Assembly: GCA_035454625.1 (NCBI GenBank)
Contig: DATIGP010000098.1
Span: forward strand, 9,391-73,390
Length of the DNA stretch: 64,000 nucleotides
Origin: Nitrospira sp.
GTDB lineage: Bacteria; Nitrospirota; Nitrospiria; Nitrospirales; Nitrospiraceae
Direction of reading: 5' to 3'
Below the pieces are notes generated by a model, which saw nothing but the letters and a program-made list of their open reading frames with translations, ran no database searches and was not told the DNA's origin. Below are positions 1 through 8,809 of this stretch, piece after piece (position 1 is the stretch's first letter; the number at the start of each line of letters is the position of its first letter). Both the position numbers and the translations under genes were made by a program.

Positions 1-1738
1 TCTCAACTCGTTGCCCGACCGGCGCCCGCAGGACGATGCGGAACTGACTCTCATCGGAAACCGGCAGGAACTCCGTCCCGATCATCGGAATCAAGGTAAG
101 TGACCCGACAAAGATCAGCAGCACCATGGTAATAAAGATCCGCCGATGTCCCAGAACCCACTGCAACGCCTCCTCGTAGCCTCTATCGAGAGACTCATAT
201 CGACGACGGCTCCACTCCATCATTGCGATAAACCAAGCCGGCATGGTCCGCCTTACGTCTTGTTCAGCCTTGAGGAACTTGTAGCAGAGCGCCGGCGTGA
301 CCGTTCGTGAGACCAGGAAAGAAGTAAAGAGCGCAATGGCAATCGTCACGGTGAGCGGTATCAACAACAGACGCGCGACCCCGACGACGAAGAACATCGG
401 GAGGAAGACCACCACGGTGGTGACGGTTGAAGCAAAGATCGGCATCGCCACTTCTCGGGCCGCGTCGAGAATGCCGTTCCACCGGTTGGGATTTGCATTG
501 AGGTGGCGCTGGATGTTCTCCAGCTCCACGATGGAATCGTCGACAAGCCGGCCGATCCCAAGCGCGAGTCCGCCGAGGGTGAAGACGTTGAGAGTCTGAC
601 CCGTAAAATAGAGCACAATAAATGTGACGAGCATGGAAAGAGGAATGGCTACGGAGATGATCGCGGTACTCGTGAGATTGCGCAAGAAGATCAGAATGAC
701 GGCCGCGGCCAACAGCGAACCGTGAAGAGCCTGTTCGATCAGATTGTTGATAGATTGACGGATATAGAGGGACTGATCGAATGAAATGCCGAGTTTGACT
801 CCTTCCGGGATGCCGAACATCCTGGGGATGGCCGCGCGCAGGGCGTCCACGACCTCGACCGTGTTGGCAATCGGTTGCTTGTTCACACGAAGAAACACCG
901 ATCTGGCTCCATCGGCATGGACGATGTTTGTTTGGATATCGGACGAGTCCGTCACGGTCCCGATGTCGCGCACGCGGACCGGATTGCCTTGCTGATTCAC
1001 CTTGACGATGACGTCTTGGATGGGCTCCACTGTCCGAAACTGGTTGTTCGTAAACACATTGTAGTCGAGGTTGCCGGCTTTGATGTCGCCGGAGGGCAGG
1101 ATCACATTGGCGGCTTTGACGGATCTCACAACGTCCAAAATGGAGAGCCCGCGGGCGCTGAGGAGCGCCGGATCGAGGTTGATATTGATCTGACGGATCT
1201 TGCCTCCTTCGACGGTTGCCGCTGCAACGTTGGCGATCTGCTCAATCTGCGGGGCGATCGTGTTGTAGGCGAGGTCGTACAGCGCCCGTTCGTCGAGCGC
1301 ATCACTTGAGACCGAAACGATCGAAACGGGTATGTTCGAGACATCGAACTTGACGATAAAGGGTTGGAGAATGCCGGGTGGGAGACTGTTTAGAATCTGG
1401 GTGATCCGCTGCATCACCTCCATTTGACCGACATTAATATCGGTCCCCCAGTTGAACCAGATCTGCACGGCTCCGAGGCCTTGTTTACTGAACGATTCGA
1501 CATGTTCCACATTCGACGCTGAACTGACGGCTTTTTCGATCGGGTATACTACGCTCTGTTCGATGTCCAGCGGAGGCGCTCCCTTATAAATGACACCGAC
1601 GAAAGCGACCGGAACCTGGATTTGCGGGAAGAGGTCAACCGGCAAGCGTTGGAGAGACGTCAGCCCCAATACCACCAGCGCGAGCGACAGCATCAGGATG
1701 CCGATGCGATTGCGTAATGCGAGTAGAGTCAGCCACAT
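1..1738 (-). CDS. RND efflux permease (AcrB/CusA/MdtB family), N-terminal part; runs off the window start
   Basis: Manual minus-strand translation from ATG 1738: MWLTLLALRNRIGILMLSLALVVLGLTSLQRLPVDLFPQI...GRLVDDSIVELENIQRH (RND TM4 D-D motif). Lies downstream of an MFP gene. Not in the ORF track because the stop is outside the window. Confidence 0.93.
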   Translation of the reverse strand, partial: MWLTLLALRNRIGILMLSLALVVLGLTSLQRLPVDLFPQIQVPVAFVGVIYKGAPPLDIEQSVVYPIEKAVSSASNVEHVESFSKQGLGAVQIWFNWGTDINVGQMEVMQRITQILNSLPPGILQPFIVKFDVSNIPVSIVSVSSDALDERALYDLAYNTIAPQIEQIANVAAATVEGGKIRQININLDPALLSARGLSILDVVRSVKAANVILPSGDIKAGNLDYNVFTNNQFRTVEPIQDVIVKVNQQGNPVRVRDIGTVTDSSDIQTNIVHADGARSVFLRVNKQPIANTVEVVDALRAAIPRMFGIPEGVKLGISFDQSLYIRQSINNLIEQALHGSLLAAAVILIFLRNLTSTAIISVAIPLSMLVTFIVLYFTGQTLNVFTLGGLALGIGRLVDDSIVELENIQRHLNANPNRWNGILDAAREVAMPIFASTVTTVVVFLPMFFVVGVARLLLIPLTVTIAIALFTSFLVSRTVTPALCYKFLKAEQDVRRTMPAWFIAMMEWSRRRYESLDRGYEEALQWVLGHRRIFITMVLLIFVGSLTLIPMIGTEFLPVSDESQFRIVLRAPVGQRVE

Positions 1739-1747
1739 ATCTGAAGA

Positions 1748-1820
1748 TCGTGAAACGTTAAACGTGCAACGTGCAACGCGGCAATAAGGTGCGAACTGCG
1801 TTGCGGTTCACGGTTTACGA
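1748..1820. repeat. Intergenic inverted repeat built of degenerate heptamers (GTGAAAC/GTTAAAC/GTGCAAC x2, with complementary units on the right arm)
   Basis: tcgtgaaacgttaaacgtgcaacgtgcaacgc ... gcgttgcggttcacggtttacga, between the MFP stop and the RND start. Confidence 0.6.
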
Positions 1821-1835
1821 ATAACAAGTTAGGCC

Positions 1836-3002
1836 TTATAACGGCTGGGTTTGAACCGGTGTGCCGTCATGTACGAGGTCTTTCCCTGCGACGATGACCC
1901 GTTCATCACCCGTCAAACCTTTGGTGATTTCTACGCGATTGCCGCTAAGGGCCCCGATCTCGACATCCACTCGACGGGCTTTCCCCTCTCGGACGACATA
2001 GACATATTGTGTATCTTCCAGCCGGCTGACGGCATCAATGGGAATCTGCAACGCTTGGCGATGAGTTCCCACCATCACGTCGACCCGGGCGAACATTCCG
2101 CCTTTTAGCCGGCGATCCCGGTTAGGTAAGTCAATTTCCACGGTCATTGTACGTGTCGCGCGATTCAAAGCCTGGACGATGCGCGTGACGGTACCTTCGA
2201 ACAGGTGGTCCGGATACGCTTCCGCACGGAGCTCTGCCTTCTGGCCTATCTTTACCAGAGGAATGTCCCGCTCTACGACTTCGATCAACACCCGGACCGT
2301 ATTGATGTCGTGCAGACTCATGATGCCCCGCGACATTGTCGAGGTACTTGCGGTGGCGCTGCTTACATAGGCTCCGGTATCTAAGTTTCGCTCTGCGATA
2401 TAACCGGAAAATGGAGCTCGGATGTAAGAGTACGCTAAGTTCGTCTCCGCCTGGGCTAGGGCCACCTTCATTTGATCGACCTGCGCCTGCAGGGATTCGT
2501 GTGCGGCTTTGGCGGCGTCGAAGTTCACCTCCGCATTATCCAGGTCTTGCTGGGAGACGAATTGGTCCTTAATCAGGGCCTGCATGCGATCGAACGTAAT
2601 TTTGGCGTTGCGAACCACCGCATCCTGTTGCGAGACCTTGGCTTTGGCGGCCGAAAGGTTGGCTTTTGCCTGATTGACGGCATGTTGATAGTCGGTATGG
2701 TCGATTTCAACGAGCAACTGATTCGCCTTGACGAAATCACCCTTATCGACATGCAGTTTGGCGATGTATCCATCGACCCGGGAAAAAATATTGACCACTT
2801 GATTAGGGGAGATGTCCGCCGTGTAGGTTAGCCGAATATCCAGATCTTGCCGTAGGGCGGACATAGTGCCTACCGTGATAAGTCGTGTCTTCTTCGTGTC
2901 GCTTTTTGCACCCGTACTCAGGCGAAAGACTACAAGCGCCATGATCGAGATGAAGATGACAACCCCAAGCGTTAGAAACGGGTGTCGGACGAGTCGACTC
3001 AT
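1836..3002 (-). CDS. RND efflux periplasmic adaptor (membrane fusion protein)
   Basis: 388 aa ORF. N-terminal TM, lipoyl half-motifs (SRVDGYIAKLHVDKGDFVKANQLL; IRAPFSGYI), coiled hairpin, beta-barrel. Confidence 0.93.
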   Translation of the reverse strand: MSRLVRHPFLTLGVVIFISIMALVVFRLSTGAKSDTKKTRLITVGTMSALRQDLDIRLTYTADISPNQVVNIFSRVDGYIAKLHVDKGDFVKANQLLVEIDHTDYQHAVNQAKANLSAAKAKVSQQDAVVRNAKITFDRMQALIKDQFVSQQDLDNAEVNFDAAKAAHESLQAQVDQMKVALAQAETNLAYSYIRAPFSGYIAERNLDTGAYVSSATASTSTMSRGIMSLHDINTVRVLIEVVERDIPLVKIGQKAELRAEAYPDHLFEGTVTRIVQALNRATRTMTVEIDLPNRDRRLKGGMFARVDVMVGTHRQALQIPIDAVSRLEDTQYVYVVREGKARRVDVEIGALSGNRVEITKGLTGDERVIVAGKDLVHDGTPVQTQPL

Positions 3003-3021
3003 GTGGTGCCTGTCGGATCAG

Positions 3022-3664
3022 TTAGAAATCCGGCGGCTGCCGGACGAACCCGCCGAGGAAAAGAGACACATATTGGATCACTGTGGCTTCATGGGACAGG
3101 TGCATGGGTAATCCGAAGATATCATGCAGTAGCCGATGGTGGAGGATGACACCAAAGAAGGCTTTGGCGGCAAGCACGGGGTCGACTGGGCGGAACGCGC
3201 CATCCTCGATGCGTCGGCGAATGTAGCCGACTAAGTGATCGTGAAAGACACGATATTGCTGAAAAAACTTGTTGGAACAGCTCATGTCCTTCCAAGGTAC
3301 TGAAAAGGAGGAGGCGAAACAATGCCGGACCTGCCCCCCTCCTTACTCGATAGTCGGCGAGCAACGTGAAGAGCCGTTCGTCATCTCGTCTCTTGGTAGC
3401 TTCTTCGACAGCTTCCCGCAGCCCGGAATATTGAGCCTTTTCTGCAAGAATTGCGGTGTACAATGCCTGCTTGGTCGGAAAGTGTTTGAAGCGCAGTGCC
3501 TCACTGCCACCGGCTGCCTTGGTGATTTGGTTCGTGGTCGTTCCGGTAAAGCCGTTTGCGGCAAACACCGATGTCACAGCACTGATCAGGCTGGCTTGCC
3601 GCTCATGACCTGAGGTTCGTGAGGGTTGACGCCGTTGAGGGGATGATATCCGTGTTCTACCCAC
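3022..3664 (-). pseudogene. TetR/AcrR-family regulator split by a +1 frameshift
   Basis: The HTH (GFTGTTTNQITKAAGGSEALRFKHFPTK) is in ORF 3122..3718. The C-terminal domain (SNKFFQQYRVFHDHLVGYIRRRIEDGAFRPVDP) is in ORF 3022..3285 in a shifted frame. Junction ~3262-3278. Confidence 0.8.
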
Positions 3665-3669
3665 GGTGA

Positions 3670-3718
3670 GTAAGTAATTACTGACCACAAAGTAGCATGA
3701 GACTTGTATCAATGACAA
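3670..3718 (-). promoter_or_regulatory. Putative sigma70 promoter (TTGTCA-N18-TACTTT, extended -10) with a downstream palindromic TetR-type operator
   Basis: -35 at 3718-3713 and -10 at 3694-3689. Near-palindrome GTAAGTAATTACTGAC at 3670-3685 just upstream of the GTG at 3664. Confidence 0.45.
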
Positions 3719-3876
3719 GGTAAGTGGATTAAACGCGGATTCGAAGGGTCGGGGTACGAAAGCCTTAGAAAAGGACAGAACATTGTGTGGCCTTATGGCG
3801 TTCAGGTGGCATCATCCTCAGCACCTTACTCATGGTGACATTTCCAGTCATCAGGAGGTGGTCGGCCATCAAACGA

Positions 3877-4314
3877 TTAGACCTGGGCCACTGATTGGGC
3901 GCAGAGATACGCCCGCATCCGATCACAATCACAGCGGCTCGCTTCCTTGAACTCCACACCAAATAGAGATCCCGCTGTCCAGGCGACCGTTGCTTCCGAA
4001 ACGAACAGGGGTTCCTCATCGTTCGGCAGATACAAAAACAAGGTTAGTTCCATACCCACGTTCACCGGACAATTTCCACGGATCCCCAACCCGCATTCGG
4101 ATAGGTCGACAACGCTACCGTCTCCAATGAGAACATCCTCCCCATGGACACCTGAGTACATAAGGCCAAGGGAGACACAAGTTCTGCCCATTCTACGGCG
4201 CTCGATTGATTGAGATGAGTGAATTGATTCCGATAGCCCTAAGTGCTTCTTGTGTTTCATCGCTCCACCTCCTGTCTGCAGGCCTATTTCGATTGGATTG
4301 CGATCCTCGGTCAT
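3877..4314 (-). CDS. PilZ-domain protein (c-di-GMP receptor)
   Basis: RRMGR (RxxxR) and DLSECG (D/NxSxxG) motifs, with a beta-barrel-like C-terminus (VAWTAGSLFGVEF). Confidence 0.8.
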   Translation of the reverse strand: MTEDRNPIEIGLQTGGGAMKHKKHLGLSESIHSSQSIERRRMGRTCVSLGLMYSGVHGEDVLIGDGSVVDLSECGLGIRGNCPVNVGMELTLFLYLPNDEEPLFVSEATVAWTAGSLFGVEFKEASRCDCDRMRAYLCAQSVAQV

Positions 4315-4613
4315 AATTGGCCAAGCACCAGTTCATCAAAATCTGGCAGCTTGCGTCTTCGGTCTGAAAAACGGTTCCTTTAGTTAGAGATTTCGTATGG
4401 ATGAAGGCTAGCGCTTAGAGTCAGTCTTGCCTTCCCACTGGAGGAGGGGGAGCGCACAATTCAGAAGGGGGGAGTATAGAGGATAAAAGAGAGTAACTCC
4501 ACGTGTCATGTAGCTGCTTTGAAGAATGGCTCTATACACAGTATGCCATGGCAAGCCTGTTCCTAGAAAGAACCCTGGCGATGTAGGCAGTGCACAATGG
4601 GGAGGACGTTGGA

Positions 4614-5021
4614 CTACATTAGTCGGAATCGGGTTCGTTGATCACTCACGGTGTTGTGGGAGATGCTTTTCCAAATGAAGGATTGCAGCCGCTTTCGGTG
4701 CTCTCGGGTCAGATCCATGAATCGGACAGAAAACTGACAACCTGACACCCACACAACATGCGCCGATTTCAATATAAGTTGGGGTAATCCATCGGGAAGT
4801 GCAATCGTAAGGGTCAATAATGTTCCCCGCGTCACTGGGCGGTCGCTGACGACATGGCACCCAGAAACAGATATGTTTTTTGTGAGGCCTTCGCCTTGGT
4901 GAGGTTGCGTCGGAACTTCCCCGACATAGCGCACTCGACACGTGACAGCGACACGTTCTGCATAACGGTTATCTAAAGGCACATAGGGTTTTCGGCCGTT
5001 CATCGTCAGTTTCACCATCAT
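4614..5021 (-). CDS. PilZ-domain protein
   Basis: RYAER and NISVSG motifs; VVWVSGCQFSVRF. Confidence 0.82.
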   Translation of the reverse strand: MMVKLTMNGRKPYVPLDNRYAERVAVTCRVRYVGEVPTQPHQGEGLTKNISVSGCHVVSDRPVTRGTLLTLTIALPDGLPQLILKSAHVVWVSGCQFSVRFMDLTREHRKRLQSFIWKSISHNTVSDQRTRFRLM

Positions 5022-5153
5022 ATCCTTGTCTACAATCTTTTCCCACCCAATTCAGCAATATGGTTCGGCCACGAGGAGCGACCTGATACACGATCTATGA
5101 AGAAAAGAATATCTTCGCAGGCGGGAGTGGTACTTCCGTACGATGAAAACAAA

Positions 5154-6872
5154 TTACTGCCGGATCTTTGCCCAGGCTTTTTGGTATTCCTCGAAGGAAT
5201 CGACCTCCATCCATCCCTTGAAAATCGGTACAGCTTGGGTGTGATGGCCCTGGTCAATCAGCTCTTGCAGCATATCAGTAAAAGAGGCTTTGGACAGGCT
5301 TGCTGATTCGTGGAACGGGGATGACTCATGTTGTTTCTGGACGCGGTGATAGCACTCGCGAAGGGCTTGAGTTCCTTTCTCCGAGAACATGGCCATACCG
5401 ATGAATTCCCCATGCGCCTGTTCGCGCGGAAGTTGTTGGCCGATCTTCACCACCTGGTGCTCACCTTCCGGCATGACAAATCGGGACAAATAACTTTTGC
5501 CGGGTGGGGTGGCCAGTGAGACAAGGTCCGGATTAAGATGAGTCGGTTGAATATTCCGTTGTTCCTGATCAAACCAGGCTAAATCAACAACCAACGCAAT
5601 GTCGGCGGGGCTCTTGAGCAATTTCTCAAGAATCGAGGTATCAAAGATGATATCGCCGTACAGGACGATGGTCCGCCCGCGCAACTCATTTTCGGCACAA
5701 AAGAGCGAAACGAGCTCGCCCGTTTCCTCGTAACGGTCGTTATCGTAGTAGCGGATGTTGGGGAGCGAAATGGCTTCTTTTTTATACCCGCGAACCAAGG
5801 CGATTTCTTTGATGTCGCATTCGTTGAGCGCGCTGACCTGGCGATCGAGGATCGTTCGCCCTTTAATGTCGAGCAAGCACTTCGGCTTGTCTTCGATCAA
5901 CGGCAGGAGCTGTTTTTCGAATCCGGCGGCGGCGATAATCGCCGTAATTCGTTCGCTACCCATCGGCAAGAACCGTTTCTCATCTTGCTCCATTTCCGGG
6001 ACGCCGACGATGTCGTACACTTGAGGTAGCGTGACGATTCGGTCGTTGGCCGCGCCGGGGCGCGAGTCCTTCTTGATGAGATCCAACGTGTCCGTCATTG
6101 CTTGAATTGCGGCCCGTACCGGTTGGTTGGCATAGATAATGATCTTCGCACCGGCTTCTTCCATTTCCGCCGCAGTGGTCTGATCGAAAATCGTCGGAAC
6201 AACGACCAGCGGGACGCGTCCGGACCACATTTTGTACACGGCCTTCAGCTCGTCGAATTTTTTCGATTTCGAATGGATCAGGATTGCGTCCGCTCCCGCG
6301 TCGGCATACGCTTCGGCCCGCCTCAAGGCTTCCTCTTGTCCCCAACCGGCGATGAGAGCCTCCGTCCTGGCGATAACCATGAACTCCGGGGAAGTTTGAG
6401 CGGCTTTGGCCGCTCGAATCTTGCCGCAGTGTTCCTCAATGGGGATCAATTCGCGTCGAACGCCCGCGTAGAAACTGCAGCGTTTTGGATAGACGTTGTC
6501 TTCAATACAAATGGCAGCCACGCCGGCTCGCTCACGGTCTGTGACGGTCCGCATGACGTTCAGCGCGTTGCCGTAACCGGTGTCGCAGTCCGCGATCACG
6601 GGAATGCTCACGGCCTCAACGATATTGCGTTCGATGTCGAGCTGCTCGCTCGAAGTGATAAAACTGGCGTCAGGGATGCATTTAAGCGAGGCGGAAATGG
6701 CAAAGCCGCTCGCCCAGACACCGTCGAAGCCGGCGCGTTCGATGAGACGGGCGCTGAGTGCATCGTGCGCACCGACTACTCTCAAGGCCCCCGGCTTTTT
6801 TAATGCAGCTCGAAGTTTTGCGGCGTTGGTCATCAAGGACAACATGATGGGAAAGCGTGTGGCTGTTGTCAA
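5154..6872 (-). CDS. PEP mutase / isocitrate-lyase superfamily enzyme fused to a C-terminal nucleotidyltransferase domain (probable start 6833)
   Basis: GAHDALSA, WASG, ADCDTGYG, ARTEALIAGWG, DAILIHSK, VPT and YANQ match the PepM/phosphonopyruvate hydrolase clade. The C-terminal half has IIAAAG..KPKCLL..KG, YGDIIF and WMEVDSFEEY. Confidence 0.88.
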   Translation of the reverse strand: MTTATRFPIMLSLMTNAAKLRAALKKPGALRVVGAHDALSARLIERAGFDGVWASGFAISASLKCIPDASFITSSEQLDIERNIVEAVSIPVIADCDTGYGNALNVMRTVTDRERAGVAAICIEDNVYPKRCSFYAGVRRELIPIEEHCGKIRAAKAAQTSPEFMVIARTEALIAGWGQEEALRRAEAYADAGADAILIHSKSKKFDELKAVYKMWSGRVPLVVVPTIFDQTTAAEMEEAGAKIIIYANQPVRAAIQAMTDTLDLIKKDSRPGAANDRIVTLPQVYDIVGVPEMEQDEKRFLPMGSERITAIIAAAGFEKQLLPLIEDKPKCLLDIKGRTILDRQVSALNECDIKEIALVRGYKKEAISLPNIRYYDNDRYEETGELVSLFCAENELRGRTIVLYGDIIFDTSILEKLLKSPADIALVVDLAWFDQEQRNIQPTHLNPDLVSLATPPGKSYLSRFVMPEGEHQVVKIGQQLPREQAHGEFIGMAMFSEKGTQALRECYHRVQKQHESSPFHESASLSKASFTDMLQELIDQGHHTQAVPIFKGWMEVDSFEEYQKAWAKIRQ

Positions 6873-6910
6873 TGAAAACTTTTTCCGGTCCTGGAGTAAG
6901 CAGCGTCGAA

Positions 6911-7435
6911 CTACTCCGCGGAATCGGTAATGTCATCGTTGAACCGTGGGGCGAGCGTGCGACTATCGAGGAAAATATAGCCACGCTCTGTGCCGCCCTG
7001 ATAGGTGAGGTTGATTTCAGTGTCGCTTCCACGCCAGTTGTACTGCTGGGTGAGGCCGCGCGCCATTTGTCCGGGAACGCGCTCGAGCCGACCGAATCGA
7101 CTTTCCAAGAAGCTCAGCATCTGCCGATGGACTTGGTCTCCTTGATATCGAATGATGACGCGCGCGAATTGGTCGTCCACCGCGACATAGAGAACGTTGC
7201 TCGTTTCGATTCCCGCGAAAGATGACGGTTCGGTCTTGCGGAGATATTCCGCGATATGCGGACCTGCGTGTAGCGGTTCCAGATCAGGACGCATGGACAG
7301 GGAGGATCCCCAAGGAATATCGTGAAATCCTTTCGGGTCATTCGTCATAGGGACCGCCCATACTGGGCTGATCAGAGCCGCGATCATCATGACGAACGGC
7401 CACGTATGGGATGCTGATCGGATGGGCTCGATCAT
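6911..7435 (-). CDS. Hypothetical exported protein
   Basis: 195 aa ORF, likely start MIEPIRS. Hydrophobic signal-like stretch (FVMMIAALISPVWA) followed by a soluble domain (NDPKGFHDIPWG). Confidence 0.65.
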   Translation of the reverse strand: MIEPIRSASHTWPFVMMIAALISPVWAVPMTNDPKGFHDIPWGSSLSMRPDLEPLHAGPHIAEYLRKTEPSSFAGIETSNVLYVAVDDQFARVIIRYQGDQVHRQMLSFLESRFGRLERVPGQMARGLTQQYNWRGSDTEINLTYQGGTERGYIFLDSRTLAPRFNDDITDSAE

Positions 7436-7511
7436 CTCAGCTGGAGCTTCCTTTGTGTACAGGTATTTAACGCTAACATGCGAGGGAAGCCAACACAACG
7501 GCGAATCTTTC

Positions 7512-7541
7512 TTGAGAAGCTCGCTGAACGTATCTTATAAT
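7512..7541 (+). promoter_or_regulatory. Putative sigma70 promoter of the decarboxylase/aminotransferase/cytidylyltransferase operon
   Basis: TTGAGA (7512-7517), 18-nt spacer, perfect TATAAT (7536-7541). Confidence 0.55.
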
Positions 7542-7586
7542 GCGCCGATTTTTACGGGCTGTACCAATATCCCAGGGGAAATCCCA

Positions 7587-8084
7587 ATGATGGAAAGTGA
7601 CGTGTTCGTGCAATCTATGCAAGACATGGGGGTCAATTTTTTCACCGGCGTACCGGATTCGATCCTGGGCGGAATCATTGCGGAACTCATGAACCGCCGA
7701 CTCTATACCCCCGCGGTTCGGGAGGATGAAGCGGTCGGTATGGCTGCGGGCGCGTATATGGCCGGAAAAACCCCCGCCGTGCTGATGCAGAATTCGGGAC
7801 TCGGCACCTCTCTCAATACGCTCATTTCTCTTAACGTGATCTATAAACAACCCTGCATCCTGATCGTTTCATGGCGGGGCCAAGGAGGCAAGGATGCGCC
7901 TGAACATTTGGTGATGGGAGAAGTGATGCCGCAATTGCTCGATACCGTCAAAATCCCGCATCGTACCTTGACTGAAAAAACGGCCATTGAAGATTTCAGG
8001 TGGGTGGCTCAGACGTTCATGCAGCGACAGATTCCCGTCGCGTTGTTCATCACCAAGGGGGTCGTGAAGGGGTTGCATCCGTGA
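7587..8084 (+). CDS. Phosphonopyruvate/sulfopyruvate decarboxylase alpha subunit (Ppd-N / ComD-like)
   Basis: FFTGVPDS, REDEAVGMAAG, MQNSGLG, WRG..DAPEH motifs. Confidence 0.88.
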   Translation: MMESDVFVQSMQDMGVNFFTGVPDSILGGIIAELMNRRLYTPAVREDEAVGMAAGAYMAGKTPAVLMQNSGLGTSLNTLISLNVIYKQPCILIVSWRGQGGKDAPEHLVMGEVMPQLLDTVKIPHRTLTEKTAIEDFRWVAQTFMQRQIPVALFITKGVVKGLHP

Positions 8085-8662
8085 GGCCCGAGCAAGGCAC
8101 ATTGATCAGCCGGGCCCAGGCCATGGCGGCCTTGCTGGAGTTGCTGACCGATCAACCCGTCGTTATCTGCAACGGGTTTCCCTCGCGCGAGGCTCACAAG
8201 GTCGCGGATCGACCCACCCATTTCTACATGATCGGCTCCATGGGGAACGCCCCCGCGATCGCGCTCGGTGTCGCACTCGCCAAACCGAATAAACAGGTGA
8301 TCACCTTCGATGGCGACGGAAATGTATTGATGGGAATGGGGACGCTCGCAACGGTGGGTGCCTTGAAACCGAAGAATTTCATCCACGTCGTACTCGACAA
8401 CGAAGTGTACGGAACGACCGGAAACCAGCCGACAATCTCCAACGTGGTACCGCTGGAGAAAGTGGCGATGTCGGCGGGCTACGTGAATGTGGAGCGGGTG
8501 CGTGATCGCGACGATCTGGTCTACGAGTTCAGAAACATGCTGAAAAAAGACGGCCCCAGCATGTTGCTCATCAAGGTGAACGAATTTGTGGAAGATGCCG
8601 GCCGGGTCCTGCTCGATCCGCCGGACATCACCCGCCGGTTCATGAAAGCGATTGAGCGATAG
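8081..8662 (+). CDS. Phosphonopyruvate/sulfopyruvate decarboxylase beta subunit (TPP-binding; Ppd-C / ComE-like)
   Basis: FYMIGSMG, TPP motif DGDG...LDN and TTGNQPT. GTG start overlaps the alpha-subunit stop. Confidence 0.88.
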   Translation: MRPEQGTLISRAQAMAALLELLTDQPVVICNGFPSREAHKVADRPTHFYMIGSMGNAPAIALGVALAKPNKQVITFDGDGNVLMGMGTLATVGALKPKNFIHVVLDNEVYGTTGNQPTISNVVPLEKVAMSAGYVNVERVRDRDDLVYEFRNMLKKDGPSMLLIKVNEFVEDAGRVLLDPPDITRRFMKAIER

Positions 8663-8809
8663 GAAGCCCGATAGGCTTTCGTCGTACTCGTCGACCGCGC
8701 ACGATTCGGGCAAGACGGATCCCGGCGACGCGGGTGGAATGAGCGTGCTCGGTCATGCGCGCAATAAGGGACGCGCATTGCGCTTCCTGAGGATGAAGAA
8801 GGAAGAAAA

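Noticed and set aside
4320-4440. Possible c-di-GMP-I riboswitch upstream of a PilZ gene (GACGCAA on the minus strand)
   Set aside because: Lacks the GGCAAACC/GAAA tetraloop-receptor architecture; the match is only 7 nt.
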